A stretch of 64,000 bases of DNA, taken from positions 31,696 to 95,695 of the forward strand of contig NZHD01000061.1 of the NCBI GenBank assembly GCA_002691205.1. Reading direction: 5' to 3'. Under the pieces are notes generated by a model, which saw only the letters and a list, made by a program, of their open reading frames with translations, did no database searches and was not told where the DNA came from. A program made the translations under genes and the position numbers. Below are positions 29,509 to 38,799 of this stretch, piece after piece (position 1 is the stretch's first letter; each line of letters begins with the position of its first letter). Source of the stretch: Deltaproteobacteria bacterium. Lineage in GTDB: Bacteria > Myxococcota_A > UBA9160 > UBA4427.

Positions 29509-30279
29509 CTAGCGAAAGAGGTCTTCGCTGGGATTTCTGATGACTTGGGTTAAGTCGCCGTCGCCGGTAATGGGAATGCCTGTAATGAAAACCGCAGGGA
29601 TCCCCGAACTCTTCGTCATGAGGAGGCCTGCGGCCGCGGCGAGTTGGTCCACGGTGGCCATGGTCGTGACCTGAAGTTCTCTCCCTTCGAGATCAACGCC
29701 GCCTCTCGCGTCATCGATGGGCGCGATTCCAGCTGATCCAATCGCGACGTCGACGAGGCCGTTCCGCCATGGCCGACCAAAGGTATCGCTCACCACGATG
29801 GCTACATTGTTGTGGCCGAGCGCTTCAAGGCCCGATCTGAGACGCGTCGCTGACGCATCGCTGTCGAGAGGCAGCAGGACCGCCATATCTTCGCCCGGAG
29901 CATTGGACAAGTCGACGCCCGCATTTGCGCAAACCAGTCCGTGCCGCGTTTCGCAAATTAGGACTCCGTGTCCGCGACGGACGATTCGTACGGTTTCGCC
30001 AAGAACGACTTCGACTTGACGAGGGTCTTTGCCGTGTTCTTCGGCAATGGCAATGGCTTCTGATCCTGGGGTGACCTTCGCGAGTTCGACGATTCGGCCC
30101 TCGGTTTTTGAAATGATTTTCTGGCACACAACGAGAGCTCCGTGATTCAGATCAACTTCGTTGATCTCGGCCGCCGAGTGGATGAGCGCGGCGAGGTCGT
30201 CTCCCGGATGGATGTTGGGAATGCCCGTGAGCGGAGTAATCTCAATGTTTTTCTGAGGCGTTTTAGAGGATGACATCAT
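29509..30279 (-). CDS. cofE: coenzyme F420-0:L-glutamate ligase, stand-alone CofE type
   Basis: 257 aa from ATGATG (30274-30279) with AAGGA upstream. Motifs VVCQKIISKTEGR, CANAGVDLSN, and VVSDTFGRPWRNG. The 138-aa N-terminal extension in the ORF track overlaps cofC and is rejected. Confidence 0.85.
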   Translation of the reverse strand: MMSSSKTPQKNIEITPLTGIPNIHPGDDLAALIHSAAEINEVDLNHGALVVCQKIISKTEGRIVELAKVTPGSEAIAIAEEHGKDPRQVEVVLGETVRIVRRGHGVLICETRHGLVCANAGVDLSNAPGEDMAVLLPLDSDASATRLRSGLEALGHNNVAIVVSDTFGRPWRNGLVDVAIGSAGIAPIDDARGGVDLEGRELQVTTMATVDQLAAAAGLLMTKSSGIPAVFITGIPITGDGDLTQVIRNPSEDLFR

Positions 30280-30295
30280 TCGAAGGTTCCTTGAT

Positions 30296-30940
30296 TCACT
30301 TGGGCCAACCGATCTTGGCGAGGGTTGCGCGCGTGGCGGTTCCGCTTCCTTTGCTGTTCCAGAATTGATCAATGTCGGCGACTGAGTCGAGATCGAGATG
30401 AAGGGACGGGACGTTGACCTTTTTAAAGGGGACGGAGCCTTTTTGCGCGGCTTCTTCGTGAAGTGCGGCGCTATTCGGCCCGAAGCAGGAGGGGATCGCA
30501 GAGTGTGGGTTGCGGAGGAGGGCCGAGGTGCCCCCGTCGCTTGACGGCGCGAGAGCGACTGCGGGGCTTTGGGTTTCTTTGAGTGCGTCGAAAAGGCTTT
30601 GCAACTCAGAGGGCTGGGCATCCGGCAGGTCGCCCAGAACAATGAGTAGGGCATCGTTTTCTGCGAGTCCGAGTTTCTCAGGCGAATGGTCAATGGCTGA
30701 TTTTAGGCTTGAGTCGGGGCCATGGAGGGCTTCGGCGCCAAGCCTTTCGGCCAAGGCGGCGGCTCGATCGTCGGGCGTCGCCACAGCGACGCGGTCCAGT
30801 GCCGGTGTGGCCAACAGGGCAGTCAGCAGGTCTTGGAGCATCGAAAGCGAGAGGGCCTCAAGTTCAGTCTGAGCGAACGTTTTAGACAGACGAGACTTGC
30901 TCTTCGTGAGCGATTTGACGGGAATGACCGCACTGTTCAT
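30296..30940 (-). CDS. cofC: 2-phospho-L-lactate (or PEP/3PG) guanylyltransferase CofC/FbiD
   Basis: N-terminus AVIPVKSLTKSKSRLS with a MobA-like fold. ATGA overlap with the cofD stop (30937-30940). Confidence 0.8.
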   Translation of the reverse strand: MNSAVIPVKSLTKSKSRLSKTFAQTELEALSLSMLQDLLTALLATPALDRVAVATPDDRAAALAERLGAEALHGPDSSLKSAIDHSPEKLGLAENDALLIVLGDLPDAQPSELQSLFDALKETQSPAVALAPSSDGGTSALLRNPHSAIPSCFGPNSAALHEEAAQKGSVPFKKVNVPSLHLDLDSVADIDQFWNSKGSGTATRATLAKIGWPK

Positions 30941-31917
30941 GGGGAGGTCTCGGCAAGTTCAAGAGCCGCACGGGCCAGTCGCCCCGCGGCCTGAGCGTCG
31001 ACCATAATCGAGTCCGTGACCCGCGTGCGGAGCCCAAGGTCCTGGATGGCCTCTTCAAGGTCTGCATCTTTCGTGTCGAGCACGTAGCCGTCGATTAAAT
31101 CAGCATAGTGTCGGGCCACGCCGAGTGCGGAAACCTCAACCCCGATGCCCCGAAGGAGCGGCGTAGCGGGTCCCTTGATGGGAGCGCCGCCGACAATGGG
31201 CGAGATCGCGACGCACGGGGCTGGACTGGCCAGAATGGCATCTCGAATACCCGGGACAGCGAGAAGGGGGCCGATAGAAACCACCGGATTGCTGGGGCAG
31301 AAAAGAAGGACCTGCGCCTGAGCGATCGCCTGAAGCACACCGGGTCCCGGTGTTGCACTCTGCGCCGCGCTGAGGTTGACGGATCGGACCCGGTCGGGGG
31401 CCCCTTCCCGAATCATGTAATCCTCAAAATGGAGAGTCACGCCATCGGTGAGTTCGACCAAGGTGGGGCAGGGAGATTCGGACATCGGCAGGATGTGTGT
31501 TTCGACGCCGAGCTTTTCGCGGAGCTCGGCGATGGTCTGTGAGAGTCCGTGGCCTTGACGCAATTGGAGTGTTCGGTGCAAGCAGTGGGCAAAGTCGCGA
31601 TCTCCCAAACGGAACCACGTTTCGTGGCCGAGTTGAGACAATGTGTCCACGAGTTGGTACGTGTCTCCCATTAAGCCATATCCTTGGGCGTCATCAATGA
31701 GGCCGGCCAGGGTGTATGTCACAATGTCGAGGTCGGGCGCGACGTGCACGCCGTAAAACTCGCGGTCATCCCCAGTGTTCACAATGGCTGTCACTGACTC
31801 AGCGGGGACCTCACGGACGAGCCCGCGGAGAAAGCGAGCGGCTCCGACCCCCCCACAAAAAGCCACTACGTTGGGATGAGACATCATGGATGAATTCCCC
31901 GGCGTCTTTGGGTTCAT
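30937..31917 (-). CDS. cofD: LPPG:FO 2-phospho-L-lactate transferase CofD
   Basis: Motifs VVAFCGGVGAARFLRGL, NTGDD, and PDLD. ATG 31917 has GAGGG upstream; the alternative is ATGATG at 31882-31887. The longer ORF-track start overlaps the upstream small ORF. Confidence 0.85.
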   Translation of the reverse strand: MNPKTPGNSSMMSHPNVVAFCGGVGAARFLRGLVREVPAESVTAIVNTGDDREFYGVHVAPDLDIVTYTLAGLIDDAQGYGLMGDTYQLVDTLSQLGHETWFRLGDRDFAHCLHRTLQLRQGHGLSQTIAELREKLGVETHILPMSESPCPTLVELTDGVTLHFEDYMIREGAPDRVRSVNLSAAQSATPGPGVLQAIAQAQVLLFCPSNPVVSIGPLLAVPGIRDAILASPAPCVAISPIVGGAPIKGPATPLLRGIGVEVSALGVARHYADLIDGYVLDTKDADLEEAIQDLGLRTRVTDSIMVDAQAAGRLARAALELAETSP

Positions 31918-31927
31918 TTCCGCACCC

Positions 31928-32251
31928 TCATTGGGTTTGGCCGGGCGGATCGTCTTGAGCGGTTGGCTTTTCTTCTTGTGCCAGGATCGCTTTGAGTTGG
32001 GCTTGGGCCCGCGGCATCCGCTCCGCAATCGCTTGAATTTCTGGGTTTTGATGCATGGAATTCACTTGTTCGCTTTGGTCGGGCAAGGCCAGCCATCCAA
32101 TCAGGTAGGCTTGATCTCCCGCTAATTGGTCTTTTAGAATTTCGACTTCACGGGGCTCTTCCGCATCGACCCACAAGGGGCTTCCGAGGCACAGCATACC
32201 GCTGAGCCCGACCCCCAATAGACCGGTTTGAATCTTTTTATAGTTCAGCAT
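31928..32251 (-). CDS. hypothetical small secreted protein (107 aa)
   Basis: Signal-peptide-like N-terminus MLNYKKIQTGLLGVGLSGMLCLGSPLWVDA. It ends 10 nt before the preferred cofD start. No clear SD. Confidence 0.45.
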   Translation of the reverse strand: MLNYKKIQTGLLGVGLSGMLCLGSPLWVDAEEPREVEILKDQLAGDQAYLIGWLALPDQSEQVNSMHQNPEIQAIAERMPRAQAQLKAILAQEEKPTAQDDPPGQTQ

Positions 32252-32263
32252 TACTGGGGAGTT

Positions 32264-32288
32264 TTGACGAGTCGGCCCGACTCGTCAA
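32264..32288 (-). other. strong GC-rich hairpin immediately upstream of the small-ORF/cofD operon
   Basis: TTGACGAGTCGG / CCGACTCGTCAA, 10-12 bp stem, ending 12 nt from ATG 32251. No U tract follows on either strand. Confidence 0.4.
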
Positions 32289-32484
32289 GCGAGAGGGCAA
32301 AAGCAGTGCGAAGTTCCTCGCCGCCTAACTACTCAGGGGGGGAGCCGGCAGGAATTGCCGGTGAGAATACGGAGTGAAGAGACATTATTCAGAGCCGTGC
32401 CACCCTGTTCCTAAAAGGAAAATGCTTGGTCGGCGTCTTGAGGAAGCCGCGGATTGAGTCAGGGTGGCTGTGCGGCTAAATGAG

Positions 32485-33447
32485 TCAGAAGGACTCATTC
32501 CTCGCCGTATTTTTAGATACTTTTTTCTCAAGGTCTCGTCGACGGATCTGAAGTGTTCGGCTTACGTAACGGCGCGTGCGTAATCCAAGGGCCCCGGCTT
32601 TGTACCAGTCTGCGGCTCCGCGGTAGCCATGGGTCTTTGTTAATCCCACAAGGTCTTTTAGCAGTCGAGGGGCTAGCTGAAGAGTCAGCCTCGCTGAGGC
32701 ATTTCGCGCGATCACGCTCACTCGGTTGCGCCTGCAGAGGTGTCGAATGTGCTCGCGGCCGGGGTCGCCCGGGCTGCTCGCGTGCCTTTCGTGGAGAGAG
32801 GTAGCTTCTTTTAACTCAAGGGTTTCGAAGCCGGCCAAACGCGCTCGCCAGCCCAGGTCGACATCCTCAAAATACGCGAATAGTGCCGGTTCAAACACGC
32901 CGCTTGGAAGAGAGATCGAGTCGAGCATGCTGCGTCGATAAGCCGCGGCGCAGGCGGAAGCACAAAAGAGAGGGCTTTGCGGAGTACTTTTGGCTTGGCT
33001 CCCTCGTCCGCGATCCTCGAAAGGGCCCTCCGCACTCCACTGGATGCCCGCTGTATCGATGAGCTGAGGGTGGCTGACCTGGAGCACTCGCGTCTGGAGA
33101 CTGCCGACTTGCTTTGAACAATCTGTAGCCGCCTGCCGGATTTTTGAAATCCAGTTGGGTTGGACGTAGGCATCGCTGTTCAGGAGTGTGATCCACTGGT
33201 CGGGGCACGTCGAGGTGGATTCGATACCAAGGTTGCAGCCCTCTGCGAAGCCCCTGTTCTCTCCTAATTCGATCACAGTGGCGCCCGGGGCTATCCGTCG
33301 AGCCATCTCCACCGAATCGTCCGAGGATCCATTATCAACGACAATAACTTCGTCGGCTGGATCCTCTTGAGCCACGAGCGAAGCGAGGCAACGCTCTAGG
33401 CTTTGGCGAGTGTTCCAGCTGATGACGATGACGGCGATGTGTACCAT
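32485..33447 (-). CDS. family 2 glycosyltransferase
   Basis: MVHIAVIVISWNT...VIVVDNGSSDDS is a GT-A N-terminus. The internal ATG 33447 is preferred. Confidence 0.8.
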   Translation of the reverse strand: MVHIAVIVISWNTRQSLERCLASLVAQEDPADEVIVVDNGSSDDSVEMARRIAPGATVIELGENRGFAEGCNLGIESTSTCPDQWITLLNSDAYVQPNWISKIRQAATDCSKQVGSLQTRVLQVSHPQLIDTAGIQWSAEGPFEDRGRGSQAKSTPQSPLFCASACAAAYRRSMLDSISLPSGVFEPALFAYFEDVDLGWRARLAGFETLELKEATSLHERHASSPGDPGREHIRHLCRRNRVSVIARNASARLTLQLAPRLLKDLVGLTKTHGYRGAADWYKAGALGLRTRRYVSRTLQIRRRDLEKKVSKNTARNESF

Positions 33448-33841
33448 CGAGGTGAAGTATTCCCCGCAGAGGCTTATTTGAAAGTTTCGAAGGAATCGAA
33501 CTCCCGCTTGGCTGCCGAGCATATCGGTTGCAAACAGGATTTTCAAAGGGGCTTGTCTTGATGGGCCGATTTCGGCGGAGTCGTAGGCATCTCATTCGGG
33601 TAAATCCTTTTGTCCGCAGATGATTGAGTGTAAGTGTCGAGGGAGAGAGTCAGGAACCCGAGCTCGTAAATGGTCCGGTTGGAGGCGAGGGCATTATTTT
33701 CAGTGCACGGATCTTCCCCCTGACTGTGTGAACGTGAGTTTGTTTTTCTGAGTTTTTGAGAATCAGCTTGTTTCTCGTGCCGCTTGAGTCGGTGTCACTT
33801 GCGGATCGCGTTGGGCATGCCTTTTGCTTTAGTGACATGAA

Positions 33842-35635
33842 ATGAAGAATCACTCATGGGTTGATCGACATGGTTTTCATAGGTGTCTCCCTCGTTTTAA
33901 TTCCGAGAATCTAGGTCACCCTCTTAGACCAGATCGGCCGTTGAGGGTTAAAAGCCTCTTGCTGATGGTGTCGTCGATTTGTTTTACCGGTGCATTTATG
34001 AATCCCCATTTAGGTGTTTTGAAGGCTCAAGAGTTGGGCCGTTTAAATGGGTGGGATTGGCGAGAAGTTTCCATGGAAGGGCTTGATGGCTCGGTTTTTT
34101 CGGTGGCCCAGGATGAACTTCGAGGAAAGCGAGCGGTAGGCACAGAGCATGGGTTGTCTCTGCTATCGAGCGCTGACTCGGGTCCCGTGATGGGCACATC
34201 CCCGTCTCGATTTATCAATGTAGGGCGAGTCTTTGACCTTGCGTTCGACGAGAGAGGAGGGCTTTGGGCGGGTACAGGTCGAGGGCTTTGGTTCGTCGGG
34301 CTTGACGGTCAATCCAGAGAGCGGGCGTTGGGGGTTGGGGATTCGATTCGTCCCATCTATCGAGTCCAGACGCGCGGGCTTTGGTACGTCGCGGTGGGTG
34401 AAGGCGGAGTCTTCATTTCTTTCGGTGGAGATCGTTGGATGAGGGCGGGCCATCCTCTTCCGCAAGGTCCGTTTTACAGTGCGGCTCTTCGAGGCGGCAT
34501 GGACCAAAATAAAAAACTGGAAATTTGGGCGACGGGCCGGTCGGACGTCTGGAAAATTCAAGTCGAGCAGGCAGCAGGGGCTCTGAAAATCATGTCTGCG
34601 CAGCGAGTTCGGCCCCCTGGGCGTCCCCTGGATGAGAGGCCGGTGGACCTTGCTATTGATGTTCACGGGTCTGAAGTGGTGGTCCTGTATCCGACGGGGC
34701 TAGCCCGCATGCTTCCCGCGCAAGTGGAAGGGAGCCTGCGTTGGGAAAGCGTTTTTCCGGTCTGGCTGCCTGGGAGTCGCGCTCGACGTTTGATGAAAGT
34801 CGGCGCGGGCCTCTGGCTGATCACGGATCAAGGGCTCCTTGAGGCAGAGTCATGGCCTCTTCGGTGGACACGCACGCAAGGTCCACCCGGGCGATCGCCC
34901 ATGTGGGATATGGCGAAGGACGGGCAGCAAGTCCTCGTGGCGGGTGAATCGGGGCTTTATGAAGGCCACCGGAGAGCAGATCCATCTTCATCCCTCTCGA
35001 TTTTGCCTGAATCTGAACCGAGACGTCAACGGTTCCTTCGTACGATTCAGCTTCAGGCGCTTAAGTATGTTGGTTTACGTCCGGACTACTTCCGCGATTT
35101 AAAAAAAGGACTTTCTCGTCGCGCCTGGTGGCCGGTGCTTAAGATTGACGCGGGGGCCGCCTATGACCGAGTCTCGCGTCAAGATCAAGATCAGTCTTTT
35201 ACGTACGGTGAACTCCATAACTTGAGAGACCGGGGCCTTGCCCGATCTCGGGACTTTGAAGCCTCTGTGAGTCTCTCTTGGGATCTTTCTGACTTGGCTT
35301 ATCCACCCGAGGCTCCTGAGTTGTCACGAGAGGCGCGCCAGCGCATGAGTTTACGCGACAATATTTTAGATGAAGTGAACCAACTCTATTTCGATCGGCG
35401 GCGAACGCTGGTGGCCCTCGACGCCTATGGGGACAAGAGCGATCCCGAGGCCGTCCTGCTTCAGCTTCGCGCCGAGGAGTTGGCGGCGGGGCTGGACGCC
35501 TGGACGGGGGGCTGGTTCAGCGCGTGGCGACCCCCGGTTTCTTCTCTTTCATCATCATCTTCTTCTGCTGCTTCACACAGCGAGGGGGAGAGGGCAGGGG
35601 ACTGGTTTCTTCAGGCCCCCTCGTCTCGTCCGTGA
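33842..35635 (+). CDS. hypothetical secreted protein, propeller-like repeats + conserved-looking C-terminal region + Ser-rich tail
   Basis: Recurrent GLW..G/GV.. strands (GLWAGTGRGLWFVG, GLWYVAVGEGGVFISFG, LWLITDQGLL, VLVAGESGLYEG). A hydrophobic segment lies near residue 40, and the start is uncertain. Confidence 0.6.
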   Translation: MKNHSWVDRHGFHRCLPRFNSENLGHPLRPDRPLRVKSLLLMVSSICFTGAFMNPHLGVLKAQELGRLNGWDWREVSMEGLDGSVFSVAQDELRGKRAVGTEHGLSLLSSADSGPVMGTSPSRFINVGRVFDLAFDERGGLWAGTGRGLWFVGLDGQSRERALGVGDSIRPIYRVQTRGLWYVAVGEGGVFISFGGDRWMRAGHPLPQGPFYSAALRGGMDQNKKLEIWATGRSDVWKIQVEQAAGALKIMSAQRVRPPGRPLDERPVDLAIDVHGSEVVVLYPTGLARMLPAQVEGSLRWESVFPVWLPGSRARRLMKVGAGLWLITDQGLLEAESWPLRWTRTQGPPGRSPMWDMAKDGQQVLVAGESGLYEGHRRADPSSSLSILPESEPRRQRFLRTIQLQALKYVGLRPDYFRDLKKGLSRRAWWPVLKIDAGAAYDRVSRQDQDQSFTYGELHNLRDRGLARSRDFEASVSLSWDLSDLAYPPEAPELSREARQRMSLRDNILDEVNQLYFDRRRTLVALDAYGDKSDPEAVLLQLRAEELAAGLDAWTGGWFSAWRPPVSSLSSSSSSAASHSEGERAGDWFLQAPSSRP

Positions 35636-36391
35636 GTGCGTCCTTATTTTTTTCGGTCCCGCCGAGGAATGGGTTTCATGTTCTTGTCTCTTGATCGCGT
35701 GGGGGTGCGGCACGGCTGCACTCTTGTTCTTCTTTCTTTTATCGGTTTTCTTTTTTCAGGAAGCGCCGCCCAGGCGGTTCCGCTCTTGATCTCGGAAGTC
35801 TTCTACGACGCCGAGAGCAGTGACGACGGCCAGGTCTTTGTGGAGTTGGCGGGGGCGCCGGGGATGTCCCTCGACGGGTTTCGGCTTGAGGGCATCAACG
35901 GCTTTGATGGTGGGGTGACGACGGAGCTTGTGCTTTCGGGGGTGATGCCCGAGAACGGGGTCTTCGTGGTGGCCGACGTGACGGGCGGCGGCGTGAGCTT
36001 CGTGGACAACGCCGATCTATTTCTGGAGTTTGATTTCCAGAACGGGCCGGACTCGATGGTGCTCTGGTCCGCCGAGGACACGGTGCTCGATGCTGTGGGG
36101 TACGGCGCGTTTTCAGGGATTCAGTTCTTCGCGGGTGAAGGCAGCTCGGCTCCCGATGCAAGAGCGGGCTCGAGTGTGGCGCGCTTCTTCGCGGACCTGG
36201 ACACCGACGACAACGCACAGGACTTCGGGGTCCTCTATGCCCCGACCCCGGGCACGGCGGAGTTCCTCCCCATTCCCGAACCGGGGACGGGTCTCCTGGT
36301 GGGTTCGGCGCTGGGCATGCTTGCGCTCTTGCGAAGGAAAACGAAAGGAATCAGTCCTCAGCACGTTTCGGAGACTGTCGATTCGATCTAG
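35636..36391 (+). CDS. lamin-tail-domain (LTD) protein with C-terminal PEP-CTERM sorting signal
   Basis: LTD-like LLISEVFYDAESSDDGQVFVELAG. C-terminus PIPEPGTGLLVGSALGMLALLRRK (PEP motif, TM helix, basic patch). Alternative start at ATG 35669. Confidence 0.75.
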   Translation: MRPYFFRSRRGMGFMFLSLDRVGVRHGCTLVLLSFIGFLFSGSAAQAVPLLISEVFYDAESSDDGQVFVELAGAPGMSLDGFRLEGINGFDGGVTTELVLSGVMPENGVFVVADVTGGGVSFVDNADLFLEFDFQNGPDSMVLWSAEDTVLDAVGYGAFSGIQFFAGEGSSAPDARAGSSVARFFADLDTDDNAQDFGVLYAPTPGTAEFLPIPEPGTGLLVGSALGMLALLRRKTKGISPQHVSETVDSI

Positions 36392-36528
36392 GTGTGTAAC
36401 GCGGTGGCTGGGGACCCTCGCCCGCTCAGGGGAGCCCCTTTGCCCCCTGTTTACCCTGTCCCGGGCATGTCCAACGGCGTAGAATGGTCCTTTGAAAATC
36501 CCATCCGCGATTCAGGGAGGCTTCGACT

Positions 36529-37581
36529 ATGCTAACGGCCCTGTCCCTGGCCGCGCGCGGAGTGTCGATGACTAACCGATCATCCCAGAATGAGACTTCA
36601 AAGAGCCGCACTACGGTCTCGGTGGCGCTCGCGAGCTTTGAGGGTGCGCGCTTTATCGACGAACAGCTCGAGAGCCTGGCGAGCCAGAGCCTCTCTCCCG
36701 ACCAGCTCATTGTCAGCGACGACGGTTCGACCGACGATACCTGTACACGGGTCGAGCGTTTCGCTGAACGCGTTCCCTTTGAGGTCGTGCTGCTGCGTAA
36801 TGAAAAGCGTGGGCAGACGACCCTCAATTTCGAGCGCGCGATTGCAGCATGCACGCAGGATCTCATCTTCTTCGCAGATCAGGACGATGTCTGGCGCCCG
36901 AAGAAGATCGAACGCATCGTCGATCACTTCGAGGCCCACCCTGAAACCGGAGGCGCTTTCTGTAATGGCGCCGTCGTCGACGGATCACGCCAACCGCTTG
37001 GCTATGACCTGTGGCAAGCTCAGGGGTTCAATCCCGCTGAGCAGCGCATGGTTGATCGTGGCGATGCAGCGCTCGTCTTCATGCGTCACGTAGTGGCCGC
37101 GGGCAACACCTTCGCCTTTCGCGGTCGATTTCTGCCTCTGCTTCTGCCGTTTCCTCGACTGCGGAGCGTACACGACGCGTGGGTCGCATTCATGGTCGCA
37201 GCTGTCTCGGACTTCGACATCATCGAGGAAGATCTCGTCGAATACCGGCTACACGACGAGAATCAGTTCGGCCTGGGTCTGCTCGACCTGCGAACCCAAT
37301 TCGAAAAGGCTCGCCTGCAGGTTTCCGAGCATGCCTTCGAGCACGCACACCGGTTCTTCGGAGAAGCCGCAAAACGCCTCGATGGACACCCCGAATACAG
37401 GGTCGATCCAAAACTGCGCGCCCACCTCGACCGAAAAATCGAGCACTCGCGGGTACGCGATGCGATGTCGAAGCACTTCGCTGCACGAATCGGTCCGATC
37501 CTGCGCGAGGCCATGCGCGGGCACTATACTCACTATGGTTACGGCGTGAAGAGCCTGGCCCAGGATCTCTTTCTCCGATGA
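36529..37581 (+). CDS. family 2 glycosyltransferase
   Basis: VSVALASFEGARFIDEQLESLASQS...LIVSDDGSTDDT is a GT-A N-terminus, followed by FADQDDVW. Confidence 0.8.
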   Translation: MLTALSLAARGVSMTNRSSQNETSKSRTTVSVALASFEGARFIDEQLESLASQSLSPDQLIVSDDGSTDDTCTRVERFAERVPFEVVLLRNEKRGQTTLNFERAIAACTQDLIFFADQDDVWRPKKIERIVDHFEAHPETGGAFCNGAVVDGSRQPLGYDLWQAQGFNPAEQRMVDRGDAALVFMRHVVAAGNTFAFRGRFLPLLLPFPRLRSVHDAWVAFMVAAVSDFDIIEEDLVEYRLHDENQFGLGLLDLRTQFEKARLQVSEHAFEHAHRFFGEAAKRLDGHPEYRVDPKLRAHLDRKIEHSRVRDAMSKHFAARIGPILREAMRGHYTHYGYGVKSLAQDLFLR

Positions 37582-37633
37582 GGGGGCTGGGCTCAAACCG
37601 GCCGGTCCGGCCAAAGCCTATTCGGGAGTCGAC

Positions 37634-38452
37634 ATGAGCTGGTCGAGAGCACAGCTGAGCGAGCACGTGGCCATCCGGCTCGAAGCAGAGCAGGACGCAC
37701 TCCAGGACGCTTGGAGAAGCGCTGACCCCATCGGTCACTTCATTGTGGACGATCTCCTCCCGAACGAGCAGGCGCATGCCATCGCGAGCGCATTCCCCGA
37801 TCCGGGCACGCTGATGCAGCGCAACTCATGGCGCGAGAGAAAACGCGTCGGTGTTCAAGTCGATGAATATGCACCGATTATCAGCGAGATCCTTTACGCC
37901 TTTCAAGAGGCTCGGGTACTACGCGTCATCGAAGCCATCACCGCCATCGCTGATCTTGATGCCGATCCTTCACTGTACGCCTCGGGGTTGTCCGTGATGA
38001 CCCAGGGCGACTTCCTTCACCCTCATCTCGATAACTCCCATGACGGCGACAATCGTCTTTACCGAGTCCTCAATCTTCTCTACTACGCTTCACCCGACTG
38101 GGCCGAAGGCCGTGGCGGCGATCTTGAACTCTGGGATCCTGAGGTCCGGACGCCGACTCCGCTGCCCGCGCGTTTTAACCGGCTGGTCGTGATGGCGACC
38201 CATCGCACGAGCTGGCACTCGGTGAATCGCATCGAAGCCGAAGCGGCACGGCGCTGCGTATCGAACTACTACTTCAGCCCACATGCGCCAGGCGGCATCG
38301 CCCACGCGCATGTGACCTCCTTTGCGGGCCGACCCGAGCAGCCCTGGCTGCGCGCCTTCATGGGCGTCGACCGGGTCGTTCTCAATCTGGCCGGACGAGT
38401 GATGCCCTGGCTCACGACGCGCAATAAACATCGTGTCCAGGACGAGTCCTGA
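37634..38452 (+). CDS. 2OG-Fe(II) oxygenase, prolyl-4-hydroxylase-like
   Basis: FLHPHLDNSHD (H-x-D), GGDLELWD, and distal TSWHSV His. Confidence 0.75.
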   Translation: MSWSRAQLSEHVAIRLEAEQDALQDAWRSADPIGHFIVDDLLPNEQAHAIASAFPDPGTLMQRNSWRERKRVGVQVDEYAPIISEILYAFQEARVLRVIEAITAIADLDADPSLYASGLSVMTQGDFLHPHLDNSHDGDNRLYRVLNLLYYASPDWAEGRGGDLELWDPEVRTPTPLPARFNRLVVMATHRTSWHSVNRIEAEAARRCVSNYYFSPHAPGGIAHAHVTSFAGRPEQPWLRAFMGVDRVVLNLAGRVMPWLTTRNKHRVQDES

Positions 38453-38799
38453 TCGATACCCCGTGGATCGAATCGGAGCTCGTGGGGCTTCATCACGCTT
38501 CTCGGCCAAGCCGGTGCAGAGACTACGGCCAAGCTCATGAAGACATGGTGCTCGATGCCGTAGGGTGTACTTGCGTTCCTGTGAAGGAAAACGAATTGAT
38601 GTCGTCCCCGGGCTCTGCTCGCCATAGAGGCATTTGGGGCCGAGACTGATTCCACAGCTTGCTCAATCCCACTTGAATCGCTTACTTTTCTAATCTTCAA
38701 GTCGACTGGATGGAGTCGTGGGGGCAGTGGTTGGAGAAAAGGCCTTCGTGTTGCCGGCCAGACTTTTGGCGGGTCATCATTGAGGTTCGGGAGATTCCT

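Noticed and set aside
29509-30693. The 394-aa ORF-track version of cofE, with a 138-aa P/S/R/K-rich N-terminal extension
   Set aside because: The extension overlaps cofC almost completely in another frame and is low-complexity. A proper ATGATG start with AAGGA upstream lies at 30274-30279, right after the cofC stop. The short 257-aa CofE was kept.
30937-32028. The 363-aa version of cofD starting at 32028
   Set aside because: The first 37-47 residues are basic, low-complexity sequence that overlaps the separate 107-aa signal-peptide ORF (31928-32251). The conserved CofD N-terminus (VVAFCGGVGAARF) begins just after the internal starts.
35803-37777. Many long alternative-frame ORFs (up to 185 aa) across the PEP-CTERM, GT2 and oxygenase genes
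   Set aside because: These are typical GC-rich shadow ORFs (Arg/Pro/Ala/Ser-rich). The chosen frames carry recognisable GT-A, H-x-D and PEP-CTERM motifs.
38453-38799. A possible gene remnant in the 350-bp gap, including the antisense ORF 38269..38835
   Set aside because: The 188-aa antisense ORF overlaps the oxygenase 3' end and reads as low-complexity sequence. I could not recognise any family, so it is left unannotated and only mentioned as something to check by BLASTX.
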